Positions 9,233 to 17,998 of a DNA stretch of 64,000 nucleotides are shown piece after piece. The stretch's first letter is position 1. Each line of letters opens with the position of its first letter. Under the pieces are notes generated by a model, which made no database searches, was not told the DNA's origin, and saw only the letters and a list, made by a program, of their open reading frames with translations. This DNA is from a virus (taxonomy: Duplodnaviria > Caudoviricetes), in the IMG/VR virus record IMGVR_UViG_3300033067_002502, positions 1-64,000 of that record; one strand, written 5' to 3'. The position numbers were made by a program, and so were the translations under genes.

Positions 9233-9919
9233 ATGTCAGGATCTAAAATTAGATATTCCTCTGTAAAAAGAAGAGGAGATATTCGAAAGTGGAAAGATAG
9301 GCTTGTTGATGTTCCTGTATTTATACTAGGAAATGGCCCTTCTTTAAACGATGAGGATATCTCCTCTTTATCTAATTATTTTACAATAGGAATAAATAGA
9401 TCTTTTCTAAAATTAGATAGCACTATACTTTTATGGCAAGACGCAAGTTTATGGTTTACTGAAAGAAAGAATCTTCTTGAAACAAAATCTATCAAGTATT
9501 GCACTTCTTACGGAGATCCAGAAAATAGATTTTTACATTTTAAAATAAAATCAGGACAATTTTTATTACCAGAAGATCCAACAATATTATTTGGAAGCGG
9601 ATCTAGTACTCCTCTTGCTGTTCAGTTAGCATATCTTTTTGGATGCAATCCTATAATATTATTAGGATGTGATTGTAAAAAAAGAGGAAATGATACTGAT
9701 TTTTATGGTAAAAACAAATTTCATAATGAAAAAACAATGAATAATTGTTTGAGTGGTTTGTCTTGGATAAAAACAGAAATACACGATAAGAATGTTAGAA
9801 AAATTATAAGCTGTTCTGATAATGATATATTTCAGAGAGAAAATTTATCTTCGATTTTATCATCAATAGATACTGTTCATAAAAAAGAAAGAGAGTATTG
9901 GAATCAATATTTAGTATGA
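9233..9919 (+). CDS. Maf/DUF115 (MptE-like) family protein, paralogue 1
   Basis: FILGNGPSL, TIGINR, AVQLAYLFGCNPIILLGCD. Confidence 0.75.
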   Translation: MSGSKIRYSSVKRRGDIRKWKDRLVDVPVFILGNGPSLNDEDISSLSNYFTIGINRSFLKLDSTILLWQDASLWFTERKNLLETKSIKYCTSYGDPENRFLHFKIKSGQFLLPEDPTILFGSGSSTPLAVQLAYLFGCNPIILLGCDCKKRGNDTDFYGKNKFHNEKTMNNCLSGLSWIKTEIHDKNVRKIISCSDNDIFQRENLSSILSSIDTVHKKEREYWNQYLV

Positions 9920-10569
9920 TATTTAGATCAAAAACTAAATTTCCTATCTGTTCGTGGGCTGGCCGTTTTTCAGGAGAAACGGCCTTTATTATTGGCAACG
10001 GACCTTCTCTTCTTGAGAATAACCTGGATTTAATTAAAAATTATTTTACAATAGGAATTAATAGAGCTTTTAGAGTTCTACTTCCTAAAATACTTATTTG
10101 GCAAGACGAGTCATTATATGAGGACTGTTATGAAGACATTGTAAAATTGCCATGTTGTAAGGTTACTTTAGAGAAAATAGATCCAGAAGATATTTTCACT
10201 CATTTTGAATTAAGTGAAGGGTCTTATTCTTTTAATAAAAATCCATATTTATTAAAAGGAAAAGGATCTACTGCTGCTCTTGCCGTTCAATTGTCAGTTT
10301 CTCTTGGTTTTTCTTCTATTGTTTTACTTGGATGTGACTGTAATTATCAAGACGGTAAAACTGATTTTTATGGAGAAAACAAGAATCATACAGTTAATAC
10401 TCTTAGGAATTTTTCAAATGCAATGGAATGGGTAAAAAAAGAATGTACTGTTCCTGTTTATAATTGTGGCAATGCTCCTTTTTGGCCTAGAATTAGTTTA
10501 GAAGAGGCTATTGAAAAAACAAATCCAAAAGAAAAGTTCCATATTGAATGGATAAATTCTTTGTGTTGA
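9916..10569 (+). CDS. Maf/DUF115 (MptE-like) family protein, paralogue 2
   Basis: FIIGNGPSL, TIGINR, AVQLSVSLGFSSIVLLGCD; ATGA overlap with paralogue 1. Confidence 0.75.
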   Translation: MIFRSKTKFPICSWAGRFSGETAFIIGNGPSLLENNLDLIKNYFTIGINRAFRVLLPKILIWQDESLYEDCYEDIVKLPCCKVTLEKIDPEDIFTHFELSEGSYSFNKNPYLLKGKGSTAALAVQLSVSLGFSSIVLLGCDCNYQDGKTDFYGENKNHTVNTLRNFSNAMEWVKKECTVPVYNCGNAPFWPRISLEEAIEKTNPKEKFHIEWINSLC

Positions 10570-10622
10570 TTTGTTTGTGTTTTAGTCTTCTTTTTGCTGT
10601 CTTTTATGTCGATTTATAGTAA

Positions 10623-11990
10623 ATGATAAATGATTTAAAAAACATAAAACTAGTTGATGCCACTCTAAAAGACTACGCCCTAGCTCTTATGAGTGCAGAG
10701 TCAGATTCTCTAAAAGAAGTCTCATTAAATGTATTTTTTGGAAATCAAAAAAGAGAAACAAACGATACTGAACTTTTTGACACTTACGAACACAAAAAAA
10801 TACAATTTGTGTGGAAAGATTTCTTTGAAACAAACGAATGGACTCTTGTAAAAGAAGTCTGTTTTGGTTATTTAACAGAACTTCCTCCTACAATGATGGG
10901 AATTGAGATTTCTATTGACAAATTTATGAACATATACAAAGAAGCTGTCGTTTTCTTTGAATCAAGTAGCGGTAAAAAATTGTGTATTGAAATTTCTCAA
11001 GGACCACGAGGTGGTTTTTATTATACATTTCATACAACAGAAAAAAATGATAAAACTTTCCATGAATTAAGAAAATATGCTGATGAAAAAAATCTATATA
11101 AAGGTCAAAAGATTGATTGCGACTGTAGATTTTTAAGGCTAGACAATATTTCTTGGGACGATGTGATTTTGTCAGACGGAGTTGATCGTGTAATTAAGTC
11201 GAACGTTAATGATTTATTTGCATTAAGAGATAAACTTAAAAAGTTTGAATTATCTGTAAAAAGAGGGGTAATTCTTCACGGTCCTCCCGGAACCGGAAAG
11301 ACAAAAATTGTAAAATGCTTAGCAAAAGATGCAGATTATTCAGTTTTATATGCTCTTCCTTCTGATTTTAGTCCTAACTCAGGAGGAATTAAGAGGATTT
11401 GTTCTATGGCTAAAGACTTAGCCCCATGTCTTCTTATTATTGAAGATATTGATTGGATTGCTCAAAGTAGGAGTAAGGGCAACGGAGCTTTTGTTATAGA
11501 ATTAATGAATTATCTTGATGGAATTGAGAGTTTTGGAGATATTATTACTCTTGGAACAACGAATTGTCTTGAAGAACTTGAAGATGCTGTAAAGAACAGA
11601 CCTGGTAGGTTCGATAGAATTATTCATATTGGAAATCCTACAAAAGAATCACGCAAAAAAATGATTCAAAGATTTACAATGAAATTTACTATAGATAAAT
11701 TAGTTAATATAGATAAATTAGCTGATTCTTTAGAAGAACTTACTGGAGCTCATATTTTTGATTTATGTAATACTGCTGCAATGTACGCAGTAAGAGATGA
11801 TTCTATAAAAAAAGAAAAACTTTTTATACAGAAAAAGCATTTTAATGAAGCGATTAAAGAAGTAAAAGAAAAAGACTATTCTAATTATATAGAACAACAG
11901 AGTAAAAAGAAAATATTTGGATTTTCTCAATCTTCTCAAGCAGTAACATTAGGTGATTTTTTAGACGATGATGATGGAAGTAATTGGTAG
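10623..11990 (+). CDS. AAA+ ATPase (classic FtsH/Cdc48-like clade)
   Basis: GPPGTGKT, LLIIEDID, TTN, NRPGRFD. Confidence 0.92.
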   Translation: MINDLKNIKLVDATLKDYALALMSAESDSLKEVSLNVFFGNQKRETNDTELFDTYEHKKIQFVWKDFFETNEWTLVKEVCFGYLTELPPTMMGIEISIDKFMNIYKEAVVFFESSSGKKLCIEISQGPRGGFYYTFHTTEKNDKTFHELRKYADEKNLYKGQKIDCDCRFLRLDNISWDDVILSDGVDRVIKSNVNDLFALRDKLKKFELSVKRGVILHGPPGTGKTKIVKCLAKDADYSVLYALPSDFSPNSGGIKRICSMAKDLAPCLLIIEDIDWIAQSRSKGNGAFVIELMNYLDGIESFGDIITLGTTNCLEELEDAVKNRPGRFDRIIHIGNPTKESRKKMIQRFTMKFTIDKLVNIDKLADSLEELTGAHIFDLCNTAAMYAVRDDSIKKEKLFIQKKHFNEAIKEVKEKDYSNYIEQQSKKKIFGFSQSSQAVTLGDFLDDDDGSNW

Positions 11991-12072
11991 TAATTATTTT
12001 ATAATGATAGAAGGATAGATTTTACTCATCATTGAAATTGCCTATTGCAAAACTACTTAAAAAGGAAAGAGA

Positions 12073-14568
12073 ATGATTAAGGAAGAGAGAAAGAAAGAAA
12101 TATATACAAATGAAGAAGCTTTACTTCAGTCAATGAATTATTTCAACGGAGATGGACTAGCTGCAAGCGTTTTTATAGGCAAATATGCTTTAAGGGATGA
12201 AAAGGGGAATATTCTTGAGCCAAGTCCTCTTTATATGCACAAAAGACTTGCAAAAGAATTTGCAAGAATAGAAAATAAATACCCCAACCCAATTTCAGAA
12301 GAAGAAATTTTTGAATATTTTGATAAATTTGAATGGATAATTCCTCAAGGCTCTCCTATGAGTGCTATAGGCAATCCTTATCAAGTTCAGTCTTGTTCGA
12401 ATTGTTTCGTAGTTCCTTCACCAGAAGATTCATATGGTGGAATTATGAAAACAGATCAAGAACAAGCTCAAATTATGAAGAGACGAGGAGGAGTTGGTTT
12501 TGATATAAGTCACATTCGCCCTAAAGGTCTTGAAACAAAAAACGCAGCAAGAACAACTGATGGTATAAGTGTGTTCATGGATAGGTTTTCTAACACTTGT
12601 AGGGAAGTTGCTCAAAATGGAAGAAGAGGAGCTTTGATGCTCACTATTGCTTGTCATCATCCAGAAATATTAACGTTTGTAAATATAAAGAAAGATAGAA
12701 AAAGAGTAACAGGTGCGAATATCTCTATTCGTCTTTCTGATGAATTTATGGAAGCAGTTAAAGATGGAAGAGAAGTTGAGTTAAGGTGGCCTGTTGATTC
12801 TAAAACTCCAAAAGTAAGAAAAATGGTTGATGCTCGTTCTATTTGGAAAGAGATTATTGATGCAGCATGGGAAAGCGCAGAACCAGGTCTTCTTTTTTGG
12901 GATACTGCTCAAAAATATACCCCTTCTGATATTTATAAAGATTTCGGCTATGAGAGTATTTCAACAAACCCCTGTGGCGAAATTGTCTTGAGTGCTTACG
13001 ATTCTTGTCGTCTTCTTTGCATTAATTTATTTTCTTTTGTTTCTAATCCTTTTACCGATAAAGCAAAATTTGATTTTACTAAAATGGAAAAAATTTCAGT
13101 TATTTCTCAGCGTCTTATGGATGATATGATTGATATTGAAATTGAGCAAATTAATAAAATTTTAGCAAAAATAGAATCAGATCCTGAAAGCGATGACTCA
13201 AAATACGCAGAACGTAATTTGTGGGAAAATATAAAGAAAGCTTGCATTAATGGAAGAAGAACAGGCTTAGGTATAACTGCTTTAGGAGATACTTTAGCTG
13301 CTTTAGGTGTTCGTTACGGATCTAAAGAGTCTATTGCTATAACAGAAGAAATATACAAGACTCTTGCTATAGGATCTTATCGTTCTTCTTGTATAATGGC
13401 AAAAGAAAGAGGATCTTTTCCTGTATTTGATGCAAAACTTGAAAAAAACCATCCATTTCTTCAAAGAATTTGGGACGAGGCTCCTGATATTTATGAAATT
13501 TATAAAAAGCACGGTAGAAGAAATATTGCTAACACAACAACAGCTCCTGTTGGCTCTGGATCAACTCTAACTCAAACAACTTCAGGAATAGAATCTGCCT
13601 TTCTTATTTTTTATACAAGATGGAAGAAAATAAATCCAAATGATAAGAATTTTAGAGTTGACAGAATTGATGAAATGGGTGATAAGTGGCAGTCTTATCC
13701 GGTTTTTCACCATCATTTCAAAACTTGGATGGAAGTTAATGGTCACAAATTTGACGAAACTAAAAGTATTCAAAAAATAGAAGATTTAGAATTTTACAAA
13801 GAATCTCCTTATTATAAGGCAACATCAAATGACGTTGATTGGGTTTCTAGCGTAGATATTCAAGCATCTGCCCAAAAATGGATAGATCACGCAATTAGTA
13901 AAACTTGTAATGTTTCAAAAGATTGTCCAAAAGAGGTTATAGAACAAGTTTATATGAGAGCTTGGGAAAAGGGTTGTAAGGGATTTACTGTTTATAGAGA
14001 CGGATGTAGAGATGGAGTTCTTGTTGCTAATAACGCTGAAAAGAAAGAAGAATTACAAAAAACAAATGCAATAAAAAGACCAAAAACTCTTGAGTGCGAT
14101 ATACATCACACAAAATCAAAAGGAGATGATTTCTTTGTTATTGTTGGTCTTTTAAATGGTCATCCTTATGAAGTATTTGCTGGAAAAAACGGAAACGGAA
14201 ATATCACTCATGCTAAAAAAGGTAAAATAACTAAACATCAAAGAGGAAAGTATGTTCTTGATGCAGAGGATGGTACTAGCGTTAGCGATGTTTGTGATTT
14301 GTTAACAGACGAACAAGCTGTTATTACTAGAATGATTAGCTTATCTCTTAGACATGGTTCTGATATTACTTTTGTTGTAGATCAATTAGAAAAATCTCCA
14401 GGAGATATGACGAATTTTGGTAAAGCAATGGCTAGGGTTTTGAAAAAGTACATCAAGGACGGTTCTATTGTTTCTGGCTATACTTGTGAGAATTGCGGTA
14501 GCAATAGTGTTGTAAGACAAGAAGGTTGCGCAACTTGCAAGAGTTGCGGAAGTAGCAAGTGTTCATAA
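12073..14568 (+). CDS. nrdJ: class II adenosylcobalamin-dependent ribonucleotide reductase
   Basis: SNCF, RRGALM, TNPCGE, RRTGLG, TTAPVGS, C-terminal Cys cluster; no adjacent beta-subunit gene. Confidence 0.9.
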   Translation: MIKEERKKEIYTNEEALLQSMNYFNGDGLAASVFIGKYALRDEKGNILEPSPLYMHKRLAKEFARIENKYPNPISEEEIFEYFDKFEWIIPQGSPMSAIGNPYQVQSCSNCFVVPSPEDSYGGIMKTDQEQAQIMKRRGGVGFDISHIRPKGLETKNAARTTDGISVFMDRFSNTCREVAQNGRRGALMLTIACHHPEILTFVNIKKDRKRVTGANISIRLSDEFMEAVKDGREVELRWPVDSKTPKVRKMVDARSIWKEIIDAAWESAEPGLLFWDTAQKYTPSDIYKDFGYESISTNPCGEIVLSAYDSCRLLCINLFSFVSNPFTDKAKFDFTKMEKISVISQRLMDDMIDIEIEQINKILAKIESDPESDDSKYAERNLWENIKKACINGRRTGLGITALGDTLAALGVRYGSKESIAITEEIYKTLAIGSYRSSCIMAKERGSFPVFDAKLEKNHPFLQRIWDEAPDIYEIYKKHGRRNIANTTTAPVGSGSTLTQTTSGIESAFLIFYTRWKKINPNDKNFRVDRIDEMGDKWQSYPVFHHHFKTWMEVNGHKFDETKSIQKIEDLEFYKESPYYKATSNDVDWVSSVDIQASAQKWIDHAISKTCNVSKDCPKEVIEQVYMRAWEKGCKGFTVYRDGCRDGVLVANNAEKKEELQKTNAIKRPKTLECDIHHTKSKGDDFFVIVGLLNGHPYEVFAGKNGNGNITHAKKGKITKHQRGKYVLDAEDGTSVSDVCDLLTDEQAVITRMISLSLRHGSDITFVVDQLEKSPGDMTNFGKAMARVLKKYIKDGSIVSGYTCENCGSNSVVRQEGCATCKSCGSSKCS

Positions 14569-14581
14569 AAAGGATATTATA

Positions 14582-15070
14582 ATGAGAATTAATTTAGCAA
14601 AAGTTTTAGTAAAGAAGATTTCAGAAGAAGCAAGCCTTCCTATAAGAGCAAGAGATTCAGACGCAGGAGCAGATCTTGTTGCTATTGACGACGGGAATGT
14701 AGGAGAAGATGGATATATACAATATAGAACTGGAATCTCAATTGAACTTCCTTTGGGATATCATGCTGAGATTTGGCCTCGTTCAAGTATTAGTAAGTAC
14801 GATCTTGTTCTAGCAAATGGCATTGGACTTATTGATAATGGCTATAGAGGTGAAATATTTATAAGATTCAAACCAGTTGCTAGATATTCAGATACTGGTC
14901 ATAGGAAAGTTATTATTGGTTCATCTAATTTTGTTCCTAATATATATAAAAAAGGAGATAAGATTGCTCAGCTTGTAATTTCTGAAACAGTTCTTGCTTC
15001 TTTTTCTGAAGCATTTGAATTGAGTGAAACATCAAGAGGTAGCGGAGGTTTTGGTTCAACGGGATCTTAA
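14582..15070 (+). CDS. dut: trimeric dUTPase
   Basis: AGADL, PRSS, GLIDNGYRGE, KIAQL, RGSGGFGSTG. Confidence 0.97.
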   Translation: MRINLAKVLVKKISEEASLPIRARDSDAGADLVAIDDGNVGEDGYIQYRTGISIELPLGYHAEIWPRSSISKYDLVLANGIGLIDNGYRGEIFIRFKPVARYSDTGHRKVIIGSSNFVPNIYKKGDKIAQLVISETVLASFSEAFELSETSRGSGGFGSTGS

Positions 15071-15111
15071 TCTTAGAATTACTAAATAAAGGGAATTGAT
15101 ATATTTTAAAG

Positions 15112-15141
15112 TACCATAGATAGCCTCTATGGTATTTTTTA
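15112..15141 (+). terminator. intrinsic terminator after dut
   Basis: TACCATAGA-tagcc-TCTATGGTA stem followed by a T-run. Confidence 0.75.
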
Positions 15142-15162
15142 TTTGTTTAATTTGGAGAAAAG

Positions 15163-16950
15163 ATGTCCTTTGAAAATCCAACTGCAATACTTTCAAAAGA
15201 TAATATTATTTGCGTTTATAGAGAAAACGACGCGGATAGTTTGTCTTCTGCTTTAAGGTATCAAAAAATACACGAATTAGATGATAGCCAACTAGTTTCA
15301 ATTCCTTGTTCTAATATTGAAGTTCTTTCAGATTATTCTTCTTTTCAAAATGAAGTAGAAAACCCTTTGTTAGGTAAAATTCTAACAGATCCGGTTGTTA
15401 ATAGAAGTGTTTACGGTATTGTTCTTATGCCTTTTGTTCCTGGAGGCTTTAAAGACGGCACAGATGTTATATCTTCAACATCTCGCTTATCTCGTATATT
15501 TTTCCCTTTTGAGAAGAATATGAAAAATCCTCTTTATAACAGACAGGTTTTTAAGAGATTTGACGGGTATGATGCTTCTGTTTCTTTAATCTGCACAAGA
15601 ATAGATGGTCCAAACATTATTACAAGTGTTTGGTTTGATAACATAGAAGCAGCAAATAGTCGCTTGCAAGTTACTGGTTCTTTTTACTTAGATCCTTATT
15701 CTTCTTATACTTATTCAGGTTCGTCTTCTTATACTGAAGAACTTTCTGATTTTTATAACAATTATTTAAATAGATTAGGTTTATCTTCTTTTAAGACTCA
15801 AATACCTCCATCTGGTAAGGATTCATTTTTTTCTAAACTAGAAGACGATTCCTTTTTTTGGGGATGGGGAGCTGATAGAGGCTCTTTAACTTATTTCAAA
15901 ACAACATCTCATACTAGGTCTTTTTTCTATAATGCAGATTTTGATGGTGGTCTAACAATGAGGAATTTAGATTCACGAACATGGCCTATGCTTTCTATTC
16001 GCCAAGGCTATGTTTCTTCTGCAGGATCTATGTCTGGAAAAGACACAAGCTCTTTTTTGAATCCTGTCCCTTTTATGGATGCCTTATTTAGAGGTTCTTA
16101 TTTAGGAGAAGCTTTTTCTTATTCTCAACCTCTTTTGAATTCATCTATGGCTTGTTTTGGAGATATTTTATCTATTTTCTCTTTTCCAATTCCTTTTGAA
16201 GAAAATTCTTTATTAGAAATAAAAAAATCTTGGAAATTAATGGAAACATGTTTTGCTGAATCTGTTATATGTTTATATAGAAAAACAAAAGTATTAAAAG
16301 ATCTTAGAGAATATGTAGTAAGCGGAAATGACGAATTTGTTCAAGAAGAAATTGACTATTTTATTGATGATATGTATAAAGAATTTGATGAAACTTCTTG
16401 GAAAAACGATTATGTAAACCTTACAAACAAATTTTTCAATTTTGTTGTTGAAAAGAATGCTACAACTTTTGATTTTGCTTATCCTAATTTGAATCAATAT
16501 CTAACACATACTGAAACAAAAATTTCAAAAATAGTTTTAGATACTTTACAGAATCAAGAATTAGTTAACTCAATTGTTGAATCAAATTTAGAGACTGAGG
16601 GTTCTTGGATTTTTGAAGATATTATAGAACATTATTCCGGTGATTTTAGATTTTATCATATAGAATTAGAGATTGCCAAGAATCTAGAAGATTTTGATGT
16701 AATTCTTCCGATATTATCTAAGGATACTTTTGCTAGTACAGTTAACTGGACGTTTGAAGATTATAATGGAGATTTTAAGCAATTTAATTCAAATGGAATT
16801 ACTAGTAATTACGAAGGAAGAAAAATTAGATATGAAAATCAAAACGAAGAAATTCTAGAAAGAGGAGAATTTTATTGGTACAGAATTCGACAAAAAGATG
16901 ATCTTCAAGAATTTGAATGGAGATATTTTAGGAAAATAATTTTTCACTAA
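15163..16950 (+). CDS. TIGR03790-like protein
   Basis: VYRENDADS...Y, CTRIDGP, FFWGWG, LGEAFSYSQPLLN...FGD match my recollection of the family pattern. Confidence 0.6.
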   Translation: MSFENPTAILSKDNIICVYRENDADSLSSALRYQKIHELDDSQLVSIPCSNIEVLSDYSSFQNEVENPLLGKILTDPVVNRSVYGIVLMPFVPGGFKDGTDVISSTSRLSRIFFPFEKNMKNPLYNRQVFKRFDGYDASVSLICTRIDGPNIITSVWFDNIEAANSRLQVTGSFYLDPYSSYTYSGSSSYTEELSDFYNNYLNRLGLSSFKTQIPPSGKDSFFSKLEDDSFFWGWGADRGSLTYFKTTSHTRSFFYNADFDGGLTMRNLDSRTWPMLSIRQGYVSSAGSMSGKDTSSFLNPVPFMDALFRGSYLGEAFSYSQPLLNSSMACFGDILSIFSFPIPFEENSLLEIKKSWKLMETCFAESVICLYRKTKVLKDLREYVVSGNDEFVQEEIDYFIDDMYKEFDETSWKNDYVNLTNKFFNFVVEKNATTFDFAYPNLNQYLTHTETKISKIVLDTLQNQELVNSIVESNLETEGSWIFEDIIEHYSGDFRFYHIELEIAKNLEDFDVILPILSKDTFASTVNWTFEDYNGDFKQFNSNGITSNYEGRKIRYENQNEEILERGEFYWYRIRQKDDLQEFEWRYFRKIIFH

Positions 16951-16961
16951 AGAGAAATATA

Positions 16962-17447
16962 ATGAGCATACCAGATTACGGACGTATTGGGATATATGAT
17001 TATCGAATTGTAACAGAGAAAATCTCTGAAGCTTACGAACTTGGTAAAATATCTCTATCTCCTTTAATTTGTATGTATAATACATTACAAAATACAGATG
17101 TAAATGTAAGACAAAGAAATAAAACAGAACTAGAAAGTTTTTTAAGAAAAACGTATGCATATATAATTTTTAAACACCTAGATAATCAACAAACAACATA
17201 CAAAGCCGTAAGGAATTTAAACGATCATGTTTTAAGAGAATATGGGAACATTTACGGTTATGAAACTATTGACGAATTTCTTGTAGATCAATTTTTAGAA
17301 GTACCTTTGACTTATTCTATATTGTCTGCTCAAGTTGGATATACGATAACAGAGATAGGGGATTCTAGTGCAAGATTTAAAGATATTAATATTCCATTAA
17401 AAGATATTAATATTACATGGGAGTTTATCGGATGGCAAAATATATGA
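16962..17447 (+). CDS. hypothetical protein
   Basis: ORF within the operon. Confidence 0.7.
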   Translation: MSIPDYGRIGIYDYRIVTEKISEAYELGKISLSPLICMYNTLQNTDVNVRQRNKTELESFLRKTYAYIIFKHLDNQQTTYKAVRNLNDHVLREYGNIYGYETIDEFLVDQFLEVPLTYSILSAQVGYTITEIGDSSARFKDINIPLKDINITWEFIGWQNI

Positions 17448-17460
17448 AAAGGAATAAACA

Positions 17461-17997
17461 ATGAGTACTAAAATTGGAGACAAAACTCCAGCACAAGCGC
17501 ATAATGATTTATTATATATTCCTAATGAAAATAACGGATTAGATTCTACTGTTCGTTCTGTTTACAGTGGAAATGGAATTGAGTCTCCATTAAAAATAGG
17601 AACTGGAGGTATTGAGGCTAATTTCGGTAAAGGACTTTTAATTAAACCTCTTATTGATTCTTGTCATTATAAATGTACAGATCACGGAGAAATATCTGGT
17701 TCTTATCAGTTAAGTACAACTGGTGGTAATATTCAAAAAATAAAACTAGTAGGTAGTACAACTTTGTCTATATTAAGTAATTTAGAATCTTCTAGTGCTT
17801 TTGAATTAATTCTTATTATAGAGAAAGGATCTCTTAGTAGTACTCTTTCTTTTTTAGATAGCTCTTATAAATTAGATTCAGATTCAGGTTCTCTTGGGTT
17901 GTCGTCCGCTATTGGTGCTATAGATATTGTTCGCTTTTTTACTTATAATGGAGGTCAAACGTGGCTTGTCTACAAAGACGGTCCAAGTTTTGTATAA
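17461..17997 (+). CDS. putative virion/fibre-tip protein
   Basis: G/S/T-rich; C-terminal DIVRFFTYNGGQTW resembles phage fibre tips. Confidence 0.5.
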   Translation: MSTKIGDKTPAQAHNDLLYIPNENNGLDSTVRSVYSGNGIESPLKIGTGGIEANFGKGLLIKPLIDSCHYKCTDHGEISGSYQLSTTGGNIQKIKLVGSTTLSILSNLESSSAFELILIIEKGSLSSTLSFLDSSYKLDSDSGSLGLSSAIGAIDIVRFFTYNGGQTWLVYKDGPSFV

Positions 17998-17998
17998 T

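Noticed and set aside
7161-12045. TTGCCTAT directly after the -10 motif of both the sigma and RNR promoters, as a shared operator
   Set aside because: Only two instances of an 8-mer, which could be chance.
17927-17998. N-terminal extensions in the ORF track (also 2900, 2909, 7161, 8598, 22134, 51137, 52901, 63282)
   Set aside because: They use TTG/GTG starts overlapping upstream genes or promoters; downstream ATGs fit the RBS, promoter or overlap pattern better.
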